A stretch of 64,000 nt of DNA from an uncultured Flavobacterium sp. (GTDB lineage Bacteria > Bacteroidota > Bacteroidia > Flavobacteriales > Flavobacteriaceae), in NCBI GenBank assembly GCA_964598455.1, contig CAZRCB010000001.1:11406-75405 (forward strand). The letters are read 5' to 3'. Shown here piece after piece: positions 18,711 to 27,620 of the stretch. Under the pieces are notes generated by a model. That model had not been told where the DNA came from. It did no database searches and worked only from the letters and a program-made list of their open reading frames with translations. Positions within the stretch are counted from its first letter, which is position 1. Every line of letters starts with the position of its first letter. The position numbers and the translations under genes were made by a program.

Positions 18711-20063
18711 TTAGTTTCTACCTATAATCGGAATTCCGAAATAGAATTCAAGGATTTTTGTTCTAAAAAGATAATCGTATTTGGTGCGCAACACATCTGA
18801 TTTAGTATTCACTAAAAGCGTTTGTGACTGATTAAGGTCAAATGAAGTAGCCATTCCGTTTTCGTATCTTTCTTGTATGTACCTGTAGGCTTCTTCTCTA
18901 GCTTTTAAGAGTTCTAGGTTTGCCAAATAGGTTTCCATTGCCCCATTAGCATCGGCAAAAGCAGTATAGATGTTTCGCTCTAGGTCTAGTGCTGCTTGTT
19001 CCAAATTCAATTTAGTTTTATCAAGTCTGATTTTACTTCGAGTTACATTATTGCGAGCTGAGAATCCGTTGAAAATTGGAATATTGAGTTGCAAACCAAG
19101 GTTGTGTCCTTTGTATAGATCAAGTTGATCCCAGAACGGAAGCGGATTGCGTTCGCCTCCCATCCCATCGGGAATTTTGGCATACGACACGCGGGAACTT
19201 AGACTATAAAACCCGGTTAGCGTAGGCATATAAGCACCCTTAGAGATGTCAATATCTTTCTCTGCTATCTTCACATCATTTTCTGCAATTTTAAGCTCTG
19301 TCCTCTCCTGCTTTGCCTTGTTGAAAATAGATTCAGGAGATTGAAAGAAAATTTCTTTTACCTCAAAATCATAGTCTGTCTCAACGATGTCAAAATCTTT
19401 GAAATCCTCTAATTGTAAGAGTTGTGCCAAACTCATTTTTGACACAAGTAAGGCGTATTCACTTTGGATGATTCGTTGTTTATCTGTAGCTAGCGTTGCT
19501 TTGATTTCAAATAAATCGCCACTCGGCACCATACCAGCATCGACCAATTCTTGAGAGCGTTTAAACTGAAGGCTGTCGATGTGCATTTGTTGTTTCAAGA
19601 CTTTGATGTCTTCTTTGTTGAACAGCACTTGCAGGTAGGCATTCACTACATTTAGCGCCACATCTTCTTCCATTTTCAACTGCTGATACTGAGTTGAAAT
19701 GATAGCTAACTTAGCTCTTCTGTATCTGTTTTGGTGCTGTAGGCCTTTGAAGATATCCACACCCGCCGAAATACCCATAGAGGTAAACTGTGTAGTCTGA
19801 TTCTCCAAGATTCCTGTGGTGATATTGGTGTTCAGACCGACGTTCCAGGAGTGTGAAGCACTCGCGTTTACGTTGGGCAAGAAACTACCAAAAGCATCTT
19901 TTTTGTCCAGCTCGCTTAGCTTATTATCCAGCTCAATCTGCTTAATCGATACATTATTCTCGATGGCGTGATTTACACACTCGTTGAGCGTCCATTTTTT
20001 TTGAGCAAAAAGGCTAGCCCCAGAAAACAGGCATGCTATTGCTGTTATTGTTATGTTTTTCAT
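18711..20063 (-). CDS. TolC family outer-membrane efflux protein
   Basis: The protein is 450 aa with a signal peptide. The two-repeat OEP-type sequence (WTLNECVNHAIENN...) is typical, and it is the last gene of the ABC efflux operon. Confidence 0.85.
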   Translation of the reverse strand: MKNITITAIACLFSGASLFAQKKWTLNECVNHAIENNVSIKQIELDNKLSELDKKDAFGSFLPNVNASASHSWNVGLNTNITTGILENQTTQFTSMGISAGVDIFKGLQHQNRYRRAKLAIISTQYQQLKMEEDVALNVVNAYLQVLFNKEDIKVLKQQMHIDSLQFKRSQELVDAGMVPSGDLFEIKATLATDKQRIIQSEYALLVSKMSLAQLLQLEDFKDFDIVETDYDFEVKEIFFQSPESIFNKAKQERTELKIAENDVKIAEKDIDISKGAYMPTLTGFYSLSSRVSYAKIPDGMGGERNPLPFWDQLDLYKGHNLGLQLNIPIFNGFSARNNVTRSKIRLDKTKLNLEQAALDLERNIYTAFADANGAMETYLANLELLKAREEAYRYIQERYENGMATSFDLNQSQTLLVNTKSDVLRTKYDYLFRTKILEFYFGIPIIGRN

Positions 20064-20070
20064 CTAAAAA

Positions 20071-21168
20071 TTATTTTTTTACTTGATTCCAAACCTTGAT
20101 TTTATCATCTTTGGTAATCCCACTTTTGATTTCTACATAAATTCCGTCACTCACGCCTAATTCTACGTCTCTGCGTTCGAATTTTTGCTCACCTACTTCT
20201 ACCTCAACAAATGACTTTTTGGTCGTCTCATCATATTGAATAAGTCCTTCTTTTAGGGCTAATACATCTTCAGCTTTAGCTAAGATAATCGAGGCATTGG
20301 CACTCAATCCAGCGCGGATAAATGTTGAGTCTCTATTGATCAGTGTTCCTTTAATAGGAAACTGCATCGCACCGTTCTCGTTGACTCCTTTTGGAGCAAT
20401 ATAATCTAATACTGCTTCAAATTTTTTGTTTTCGATGGCACCTACCGTAATTTCTAACGGCAGATTTAGTTTGATTTTACCCACTTCTGATTCGTCTAGC
20501 TTTCCTTCGAAAATCATATTGCTCACATCGGCAAGGCTGGCGATGGTAGTCCCTTCGTTGAAGTTATTTGATTCAATTACTTGGTTTCCTTTTTTCACAG
20601 GTACGTCAAGCAACATCCCAGAAACAGTAGAACGAATAAGCGTCTGTGCGATATTAGACATACCGCTAGTGGTTCCTGTCCTGATGATTTCAGCATTCTG
20701 AACCGTAGAATTATAGGTTTGTTGAGCTTGTTTATAAGCAGTTTGCGCTCCGTCAAAATCATTGGCGGAAATAACGCCTTTATCAAACAGTGCTTTTTGT
20801 CTATCAAATACTTTTTTCTGATTTTCTAATTCAATTTTAGCCGACTGGATTTGGTTATTAGCCGAGTTTAGGCTCGATACGTTAGGCACGACTTTAATCT
20901 TAGCAATCAAGTCTCCAGATTTGATATAATCACCTGCTTCTACGTAAACCTCATCAATAATTCCCGAAATATTCGGTTTGATAAGCACTTCTTCTTTCGG
21001 ATTAATGTTACCAGTTGCAACAGTATTTTTGATAATTGTTCGCGTTTCTGCTTGTTCGGTTTCGTATTTTACTGGGGGTTGATTATTCTTCTGATAAAAC
21101 CAAAACAGCACGCCCACAAAAGCCAAAGCTAAAAAAACCAACACTGAAATTGTACATCCTTTTTTCAT
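20071..21168 (-). CDS. Efflux transporter periplasmic adaptor (HlyD/MFP family)
   Basis: The protein is 365 aa with an N-terminal anchor. It has a lipoyl-like string (SGIIDEVYVEAGDYIKSGDLIAKI) and a coiled-coil hairpin region. Confidence 0.85.
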   Translation of the reverse strand: MKKGCTISVLVFLALAFVGVLFWFYQKNNQPPVKYETEQAETRTIIKNTVATGNINPKEEVLIKPNISGIIDEVYVEAGDYIKSGDLIAKIKVVPNVSSLNSANNQIQSAKIELENQKKVFDRQKALFDKGVISANDFDGAQTAYKQAQQTYNSTVQNAEIIRTGTTSGMSNIAQTLIRSTVSGMLLDVPVKKGNQVIESNNFNEGTTIASLADVSNMIFEGKLDESEVGKIKLNLPLEITVGAIENKKFEAVLDYIAPKGVNENGAMQFPIKGTLINRDSTFIRAGLSANASIILAKAEDVLALKEGLIQYDETTKKSFVEVEVGEQKFERRDVELGVSDGIYVEIKSGITKDDKIKVWNQVKK

Positions 21169-21212
21169 ATATTTCTGTTATTTGAAAGTTCTTGTCTCTA
21201 TTTTATTATTAT

Positions 21213-22481
21213 TTATTCTGCTCTAAGTGCTTCTATCGGTTTTACTTTTATGGCTGTTTGAGCCGGTATAAACCCTGCTATAAGCCCTGCAAACACGAGT
21301 ATCAACAAAGCGATGAGTACTACTCCTAAACTTACACTCGGGTTAACAATTAATATATCGCTCGGGTTGGGTGAACTATCGATTGCCATATTGACAATCC
21401 CCAATATAAATCCTGCAAAAATAATTCCTGCCATTCCCGCAATCAGCGAAAGCACTACTGATTCCGTTAGTATTTGAGATTTAATATTCCAAGGCGTAGC
21501 TCCAAGAGCTCTTCTGATTCCGATTTCTTGGGTACGTTCTTTCACCACAATCAACATTATATTGATAATCCCGATTATACCCGAGCCTAGAATAAATATT
21601 CCAACTACATAGGATACTGCTTTAAGGATCGCAAAAAGTCCGTTGATTTTTTTGAACTCTTGGTATAAATCGAAGTGACCGATAGCTCTTTCATCTTCTG
21701 GATGAATGCTATGGCGTTGTTTCAACAAATCAAAAACCTGTGTTTTTAGTTCTGTAATAGGCTTGTCATCTTCGGCTGTAATTGCCATCCAACCCACCAC
21801 ATCGCCATAATTAAAGGCTTGCTGAAAAGTAGTAAACGGAATAAAGACTTGTTTTTGTCCTTCTTCTGCGTCACCGCCCATATTCGAAATGCTTTTATAT
21901 ACACCAACCACCATAAAGTTTACACCTTGAATCTTTATATAAGAACCCAGCACTTCTTCTCCAGGCAAATACATCTCTCTGATCACGCCTTCGCCTATGA
22001 CAGCAATTTTACGCTTGTTATCGATATCTCCATAATTGATAAAGCGTCCTTGAAGGATATCCATCGGTTGTTGTTGGATGAATTCAGGATAATCACCATA
22101 GACGTTATAAGCTCCTGTTTTTGTGCCCCTAATCACGTTGTTACTTCCTCTGAATCCGCCTAATTGGTTTCGTGGTGATACGTATAACAACCCGCCAACA
22201 TTTTTTTTGATGGCCTCTACATCGCCATTTTTATAATTAAATCGCCTTCCTTGTGGCAAACCTTTATAGGGTTTTGAAGCAGGCATAGTCCACATAAACA
22301 TAGTGTTTGTAGAAAGCCCACCCATTTGCTTTTTGATGCCGTTTTGCAATCCTTGACTAGCGGAAAGCAATAATACTAAGATGAATATTCCCCAAAATAC
22401 TCCAAAAGCCGTAATCAGTGTTCTGAGCGGTTTTGCAGATAAGGCTTCAATTATTTCATTCCATTTATCTTTGTTAAACAT
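21213..22481 (-). CDS. ABC transporter permease, MacB/FtsX type
   Basis: The protein is 422 aa. It has TM1, a large periplasmic domain and a C-terminal FtsX 3-TM bundle (VKERTQEIGIRRALGA...KPIEALR). Confidence 0.85.
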   Translation of the reverse strand: MFNKDKWNEIIEALSAKPLRTLITAFGVFWGIFILVLLLSASQGLQNGIKKQMGGLSTNTMFMWTMPASKPYKGLPQGRRFNYKNGDVEAIKKNVGGLLYVSPRNQLGGFRGSNNVIRGTKTGAYNVYGDYPEFIQQQPMDILQGRFINYGDIDNKRKIAVIGEGVIREMYLPGEEVLGSYIKIQGVNFMVVGVYKSISNMGGDAEEGQKQVFIPFTTFQQAFNYGDVVGWMAITAEDDKPITELKTQVFDLLKQRHSIHPEDERAIGHFDLYQEFKKINGLFAILKAVSYVVGIFILGSGIIGIINIMLIVVKERTQEIGIRRALGATPWNIKSQILTESVVLSLIAGMAGIIFAGFILGIVNMAIDSSPNPSDILIVNPSVSLGVVLIALLILVFAGLIAGFIPAQTAIKVKPIEALRAE

Positions 22482-22483
22482 AA

Positions 22484-23731
22484 CTAGTCTCCTCTAAGTG
22501 CTTCAATTGGTTTAATTCTGGCGGCTTTATATGCAGGTACAAATCCCGCAAATGCTCCTGCTACGACTAATAAAACGAGGGTCGAAACGGCTACCGTAAA
22601 ATCGACCTCCGGATGCGTAAAGAAATCTGTTTCTATCAGCGGACCTACTACTTCCCAAAGCAATAAGCCCAATAATAATCCTGCGAATCCGGCTACTACT
22701 GTAATAAATATGGCTTCGTGCAAGATCATCACAATAATAGATAAGGGCGAGGCACCAATGGCTTTTCTAATGCCTATTTCTATCGTTCTTTCCTTGACAA
22801 TAATTAGCATAATATTACTCACTCCTACAACTCCAGCTATGATCGTACAGATACCTACAAACCAAAAGAACATTTGCACACCTCCTGTGATGGCATAGAT
22901 TTTTTTGGCCTCTTCAAGCGAGTTATTTATATATAAAGCACCTTCGTCATCTGGAGCAATATTGTGTTTTGCTCTAAGAAAAATCTCTAGCTTCTGTGTA
23001 AAATCTTTAGATTGCTCTACCGCATCGTCAAATTTGTCACCTTTCTTGAGTGTATAAGAAATACTTCTGATCTTATCGCCTGCACTATATGTTTTCTGAG
23101 CCGTTGAGATAGGGATAAAAACCCTACTTTCTTCGCGTTCTCCTCCTGGGTCTGTATATACCCCGATTACTTTATAAATTACTCCAGAAATATTGAGGTA
23201 TTCTCCGAGTGGTTCTTCAGCGTTTTTGAATAAATCATTGGCAACTTTTTGTCCGATGACCACATGCTTCTCAAATTGCTCAATATCTAATTGGTTGATG
23301 TATCTTCCCCTTACGATAGAGGCATTTTCTATAAACTGATAATCTGGATGAACGCCTTCTACTCTATAATTTCCGGTTTCTTTTTTATAAACGATGGTAC
23401 CACTCCAAACCGAATAAATAGCTGACTTATACTCTATTTGATCTCCTAGAAGTTTTGCAAGTGATTCATAATCATTATTCCTAAGCTGTATATATCGCCC
23501 AACACCGAGTCCGTTGTGTTCTTTTTGGGTCATTCCTGGCCAAACTGAAATTCGGTTAGAAGCATCATGTTCAAATTGCTTCTGGATTCCGTTTTGGATT
23601 CCGTTTCCAGCACCCAGCAGCACGACTAAAATAAAGATACCCGAAGCTACAGAAACTCCTGTCAAAAACGTACGCAGTTTGTTTTTGGCTAATCCTTCAA
23701 AAATCTCGTGCCATCTCTCCAGATTAAACAT
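22484..23731 (-). CDS. ABC transporter permease, MacB/FtsX type (paralogue)
   Basis: The protein is 415 aa with the same architecture as 21213..22481 (VKERTIEIGIRKAIGA...KPIEALR). Confidence 0.85.
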   Translation of the reverse strand: MFNLERWHEIFEGLAKNKLRTFLTGVSVASGIFILVVLLGAGNGIQNGIQKQFEHDASNRISVWPGMTQKEHNGLGVGRYIQLRNNDYESLAKLLGDQIEYKSAIYSVWSGTIVYKKETGNYRVEGVHPDYQFIENASIVRGRYINQLDIEQFEKHVVIGQKVANDLFKNAEEPLGEYLNISGVIYKVIGVYTDPGGEREESRVFIPISTAQKTYSAGDKIRSISYTLKKGDKFDDAVEQSKDFTQKLEIFLRAKHNIAPDDEGALYINNSLEEAKKIYAITGGVQMFFWFVGICTIIAGVVGVSNIMLIIVKERTIEIGIRKAIGASPLSIIVMILHEAIFITVVAGFAGLLLGLLLWEVVGPLIETDFFTHPEVDFTVAVSTLVLLVVAGAFAGFVPAYKAARIKPIEALRGD

Positions 23732-24425
23732 AAGCTGAGGCTCTTATTTGTTCTACAGGTGAATCGTCTGTGATTTGTCCGTCTCTTAAATACACGATTC
23801 GTTTAGTCATTTTTGCGATATCTGGTTCGTGCGTTACGATAAGTACTGTCTTTCCTTCGTCATTAATCTGTTGGATAAGATCCATCACTCCATAAGATGT
23901 TTTGGTATCTAATGCTCCCGTTGGTTCATCGGCGAGTAATACTTTTGGGTCTGAAGCCAATGCTCTAGCGATGGCTACTCTCTGTTTTTGTCCTCCACTC
24001 ATCTCGCTTGGCAAGTGTTTTGCCCAATCTGCCAAACCTACTTTCTCTAAGTAGTGCATCGAGCGCTCCATGCGTTCTTTGCGTGGCAATCCTTGATAAT
24101 ACAACGGAAGTGCAACATTATCTAGTGCTGATTTATAATTAATCAGGTTAAAAGACTGAAACACAAAACCAAGAAATTTATTTCTGTACTGTGAAGCAAG
24201 TGTTTCGTTGAGGTTTTTGATAGGAAGACCATCAAGCGTGTATGTGCCTGTGTCTGCTTCATCCAAAATCCCAATTATATTCAGAAGAGTTGATTTTCCA
24301 GAACCTGAACTTCCCATAATAGAAATAAACTCGCCCTCATTGACATGAAAATTAATGCCCTTGAGTACATGAAGTGAGTTCTTCCCCATTTTATATGATT
24401 TATGGATGTCTTTGATTTCTATCAT
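23724..24425 (-). CDS. ABC transporter ATP-binding protein (MacB/LolD-like)
   Basis: The protein is 233 aa. Walker A is GSSGSGKST, the signature is MSGGQKQR, and Walker B is LLADEPT. Confidence 0.9.
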   Translation of the reverse strand: MIEIKDIHKSYKMGKNSLHVLKGINFHVNEGEFISIMGSSGSGKSTLLNIIGILDEADTGTYTLDGLPIKNLNETLASQYRNKFLGFVFQSFNLINYKSALDNVALPLYYQGLPRKERMERSMHYLEKVGLADWAKHLPSEMSGGQKQRVAIARALASDPKVLLADEPTGALDTKTSYGVMDLIQQINDEGKTVLIVTHEPDIAKMTKRIVYLRDGQITDDSPVEQIRASAYV

Positions 24426-24598
24426 AGTTTTTTATTTTCTAACAATATTAAAAGATTACAAAGTGTAACCCTGTCAAAAGAATGTTAATTTCACTTTCTC
24501 TGACACCCTAATAAGACGTATTGAAAATAGCTTTGTTACAAAATACCGCAAAAAAAATTTGAGATACTTTTATACGACTACGGAAATATAGGCAAACC

Positions 24599-24630
24599 AA
24601 ACAGGCTATCTTTTGAGAGATAGCCTGTTT
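24599..24630 (-). terminator. Terminator hairpin downstream of purM
   Basis: There is a perfect 12-bp stem (24599-24610 / 24619-24630, AAACAGGCTATC / GATAGCCTGTTT) with an 8-nt loop. The T-run is cleaner on the plus strand, but both neighbouring genes are on the minus strand. Confidence 0.5.
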
Positions 24631-24654
24631 TTAATAGATATATGAATCGGATTC

Positions 24655-25848
24655 TTAGTACTCAAAAACTCCGTATTCGCTTTTTATAGTGAGTTTTTTA
24701 GTGTCAGCTGCTTCTACACGCCCAACAATCTGAGCGTCTATATTGAATGAATTAGAGATTTTGATAATCTCATCAGCCGTAGCTTTATCGGTATAGATTT
24801 CCATGCGATGCCCGCAGTTAAAGACTTGATACATTTCTCTCCAATCTGTTTTTGATTGCTCTTGAATCAGTTTAAACAAAGGAGGTACGGCAAAGAGATT
24901 GTCTTTTATCACGTGAAGGTTATCTCCGATAAAATGAAGGATTTTAGTCTGTGCTCCTCCACTACAGTGTACCATTCCGTGGATTTTATCCGAAGAGAAT
25001 TTCTCTAAAATTTGTTTGATAACCGGCGCATAAGTTCTGGTGGGTGACAACACCAATTTCCCAGCATCAATAGGTGAATTATCAACCTTATCGGTAAGTC
25101 TTACGTCACCTGAATACACCAAATCTCCAGGAACATTGCTGTCAAAACTCTCTGGATATTTCTCGGCTAAATACTTGCTAAACACATCGTGTCTAGCTGA
25201 AGTAAGTCCGTTGCTACCCATTCCGCCGTTGTATTCTTTTTCATAAGTAGCTTGGCCAAAAGAAGCTAAACCAACAATCACATCACCTGCTTTTATGTTT
25301 GCATTGTCAATCACATCTTTGCGTTTCATTCGGGCCGTTACAGTGGAGTCTACGATGATTGTTCTAACCAAATCACCTACATCAGCCGTTTCTCCACCCG
25401 TGGAATGGATGGTCACGCCAAAAGATTTTAGCTCTTCAATAAGTTCTTCAGTTCCGTTGATAATAGCCGAAATCACCTCCGCAGGAATCAGGTTTTTATT
25501 TCTACCTATAGTTGACGAAAGCAAGATATTATCGACTGCGCCAACGCAAAGCAAATCATCGATATTCATAATCAGTGCATCTTGAGCGATGCCTTTCCAC
25601 ACTGATAAATCTCCTGTTTCTTTCCAATAGGTATACGCCAAAGACGATTTTGTACCCGCTCCATCAGCGTGCATAATCAAGCAATAGTCTTCATCGCCTG
25701 TCAAGTAATCTGGGATAATCTTACAAAATGCTTTTGGGAAAAGCCCTTTATCAATGTTTTTGATGGCATTGTGCACATCTTCTTTGGATGCAGAAACACC
25801 TCTTTGGTTGTAGCGGTTATCAGTAGTCATTGTGTTGTTGTGAGTCAT
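24655..25848 (-). CDS. purM: AIR synthase family protein (phosphoribosylformylglycinamidine cyclo-ligase, long Bacteroidota form)
   Basis: The protein is 397 aa. The strings YNQRGVSASKEDVHNAI...MHADGAGTKS...GGETA are PurM-like N- and C-domain strings. Confidence 0.7.
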   Translation of the reverse strand: MTHNNTMTTDNRYNQRGVSASKEDVHNAIKNIDKGLFPKAFCKIIPDYLTGDEDYCLIMHADGAGTKSSLAYTYWKETGDLSVWKGIAQDALIMNIDDLLCVGAVDNILLSSTIGRNKNLIPAEVISAIINGTEELIEELKSFGVTIHSTGGETADVGDLVRTIIVDSTVTARMKRKDVIDNANIKAGDVIVGLASFGQATYEKEYNGGMGSNGLTSARHDVFSKYLAEKYPESFDSNVPGDLVYSGDVRLTDKVDNSPIDAGKLVLSPTRTYAPVIKQILEKFSSDKIHGMVHCSGGAQTKILHFIGDNLHVIKDNLFAVPPLFKLIQEQSKTDWREMYQVFNCGHRMEIYTDKATADEIIKISNSFNIDAQIVGRVEAADTKKLTIKSEYGVFEY

Positions 25849-25939
25849 ACTTTGGCAGATGTCAGCTGCTTTGGTATATGTGTTTTAATAGTTAGTTGTT
25901 GCTTGCAAAAGTACTATTTTATTATCCGAAAGCAAAAAT

Positions 25940-27409
25940 CTATTTTGGACGTAGGTCTTCTGTAACAACAGGTGCTTGGACCAAGTAATCGTTATAAATA
26001 TCCTTCAAGGCTTCAAAAAGCAAAACTCCTTGTTGCTGATAACCACTAGATGAATAATGCACTCTGTCTTTGGCAATCAATCCGTTTTTGATGAGGTTAT
26101 CCATACCTTTATTACCTCCGACTGCATGATATAAATCCCACACAGCATAATTGTATTCCGAAGCATTCCGAAGCATCACATCGGCATACAAATCACAAAA
26201 GACATTCGGCAGTTTACGTTTAAAAAGTGATGGCGGCGGCGTAGTAAGCAAAACCGTTGTATCTGGATTTTTCTCTCTGAGCAGGCTTAGAAACGTCTGA
26301 ATTTGATCAAAAAAACATTGGTCACAAAGTTTGTCAAAAGCTTCATTTGTGCCCAAAGAGATAATAATCAAATCTGGGTTTAGGGCATTTATTTGTTCAA
26401 AGAAAAGTGGATATTTATTATAATCTGAATATTTTGCACCGTTGACTCCGATGCTGTGATAGAGCACACCGCTTTGGTTGTTTTCGAGTACCAATCCATT
26501 GAGAGCAAAGCTATCTTGAGCCGCATTCGGAATCAGATAAATTTTGTCTGTTGCATCTAAATTCTGATATTCATAATAATAATCTGACAAAACAGGTTCG
26601 ACTTCTAACGGGATAAAATCGGTTTTCTCAATTTGTTGTGCTTGCATTTCAGCAGTGGGTATTATTAGTGTAGCTCCTGCTCTGATATTATTATTCTTGA
26701 GTTTATTCGATTGTTTTATTATTGCAACTGTTGTTTTGTACCTAGAAGCAATTCCCGAAAGGGTTTCGCCATTTTTTATTTTATGGTTAATGACTTTAGG
26801 TGTATTCGAAGTCATAGTAATGGTCTTCTTTGCCTCAGCCAAGCTAAACGAAAGTTTGTTGTTTGGGGTTATTATTTTCAGGTGATTGAATTTATGCTCA
26901 GCCTTTCGGACTTGGAGCTCAATCGCAAAGTCATTTCTATCTGTGAAAAGTGCGATACCGCTCAAACCGACAGGACTTCCGTCGTCTGGATAAATATTTC
27001 TGAGGCTATTCCAACTTATATTCGAAGAAAACTTGAGGTTAGAGCTGCCATTGGTTTTAGCCAAAGTATGCGGAAAAACAAAGCCAAGACCAGCGTTGCC
27101 AAATCTCGATTGAAATTCCTGACGCAGTCTGTCTGTCATCAAATCAGCTTGTATGTGCGAATCACCAATATGAAGAATATTTATTTTTCGGTCATTTTGA
27201 GTATCTAGCTTATAGAGTTTTTCTATAAAACTAGTCAGTACTTCGGCATTGACTATCTTAGTGATTGAAGACTTCTCAGCAAGACTATCATTCGCAACGA
27301 AATCTGTTTCTGTGATTACCGAGTCAACAAAATCGACCTCCAGCGAATCCGTTTGAGCAAACGAGATTGCTACAAAAAACAGGGTGAAAAATGAGGATAT
27401 TTTATTCAT
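25940..27409 (-). CDS. Secreted SGNH/GDSL hydrolase with an internal LysM domain
   Basis: The protein is 489 aa with a signal peptide. SGNH block I is ILHIGDSH, the LysM string is HKIKNGETLSGIASRYKTTVAIIKQSNKL, block III is SLGTNE, and block V is DRVHY. Confidence 0.75.
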   Translation of the reverse strand: MNKISSFFTLFFVAISFAQTDSLEVDFVDSVITETDFVANDSLAEKSSITKIVNAEVLTSFIEKLYKLDTQNDRKINILHIGDSHIQADLMTDRLRQEFQSRFGNAGLGFVFPHTLAKTNGSSNLKFSSNISWNSLRNIYPDDGSPVGLSGIALFTDRNDFAIELQVRKAEHKFNHLKIITPNNKLSFSLAEAKKTITMTSNTPKVINHKIKNGETLSGIASRYKTTVAIIKQSNKLKNNNIRAGATLIIPTAEMQAQQIEKTDFIPLEVEPVLSDYYYEYQNLDATDKIYLIPNAAQDSFALNGLVLENNQSGVLYHSIGVNGAKYSDYNKYPLFFEQINALNPDLIIISLGTNEAFDKLCDQCFFDQIQTFLSLLREKNPDTTVLLTTPPPSLFKRKLPNVFCDLYADVMLRNASEYNYAVWDLYHAVGGNKGMDNLIKNGLIAKDRVHYSSSGYQQQGVLLFEALKDIYNDYLVQAPVVTEDLRPK

Positions 27410-27620
27410 ATTGTATTTTAAACACAGATTTACACAAATAAAATCTGCGAAAACAGATAATAAACGTACAAAATTAGTGCAATTTCAGATGTAAACATCT
27501 ATAAACCCTCATTATTTTCCCAGTGCGTTGATTGGGCTGTAAGTACATATCTCTTACAGCAAAAACCTGTTTTGTTTTCCTTTAAAACCTGTAATTAGCT
27601 GTTAAAAGCACGTGTGTCTC

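Noticed and set aside
20426-20829. ORFs 20426..20701, 20581..20829 and 20595..20807 inside the adaptor gene. Similar ORFs occur inside the permeases, purM, the LysM-SGNH gene and the OM barrel.
   Set aside because: All are nested in, or antisense to, much longer ORFs with clear family motifs.
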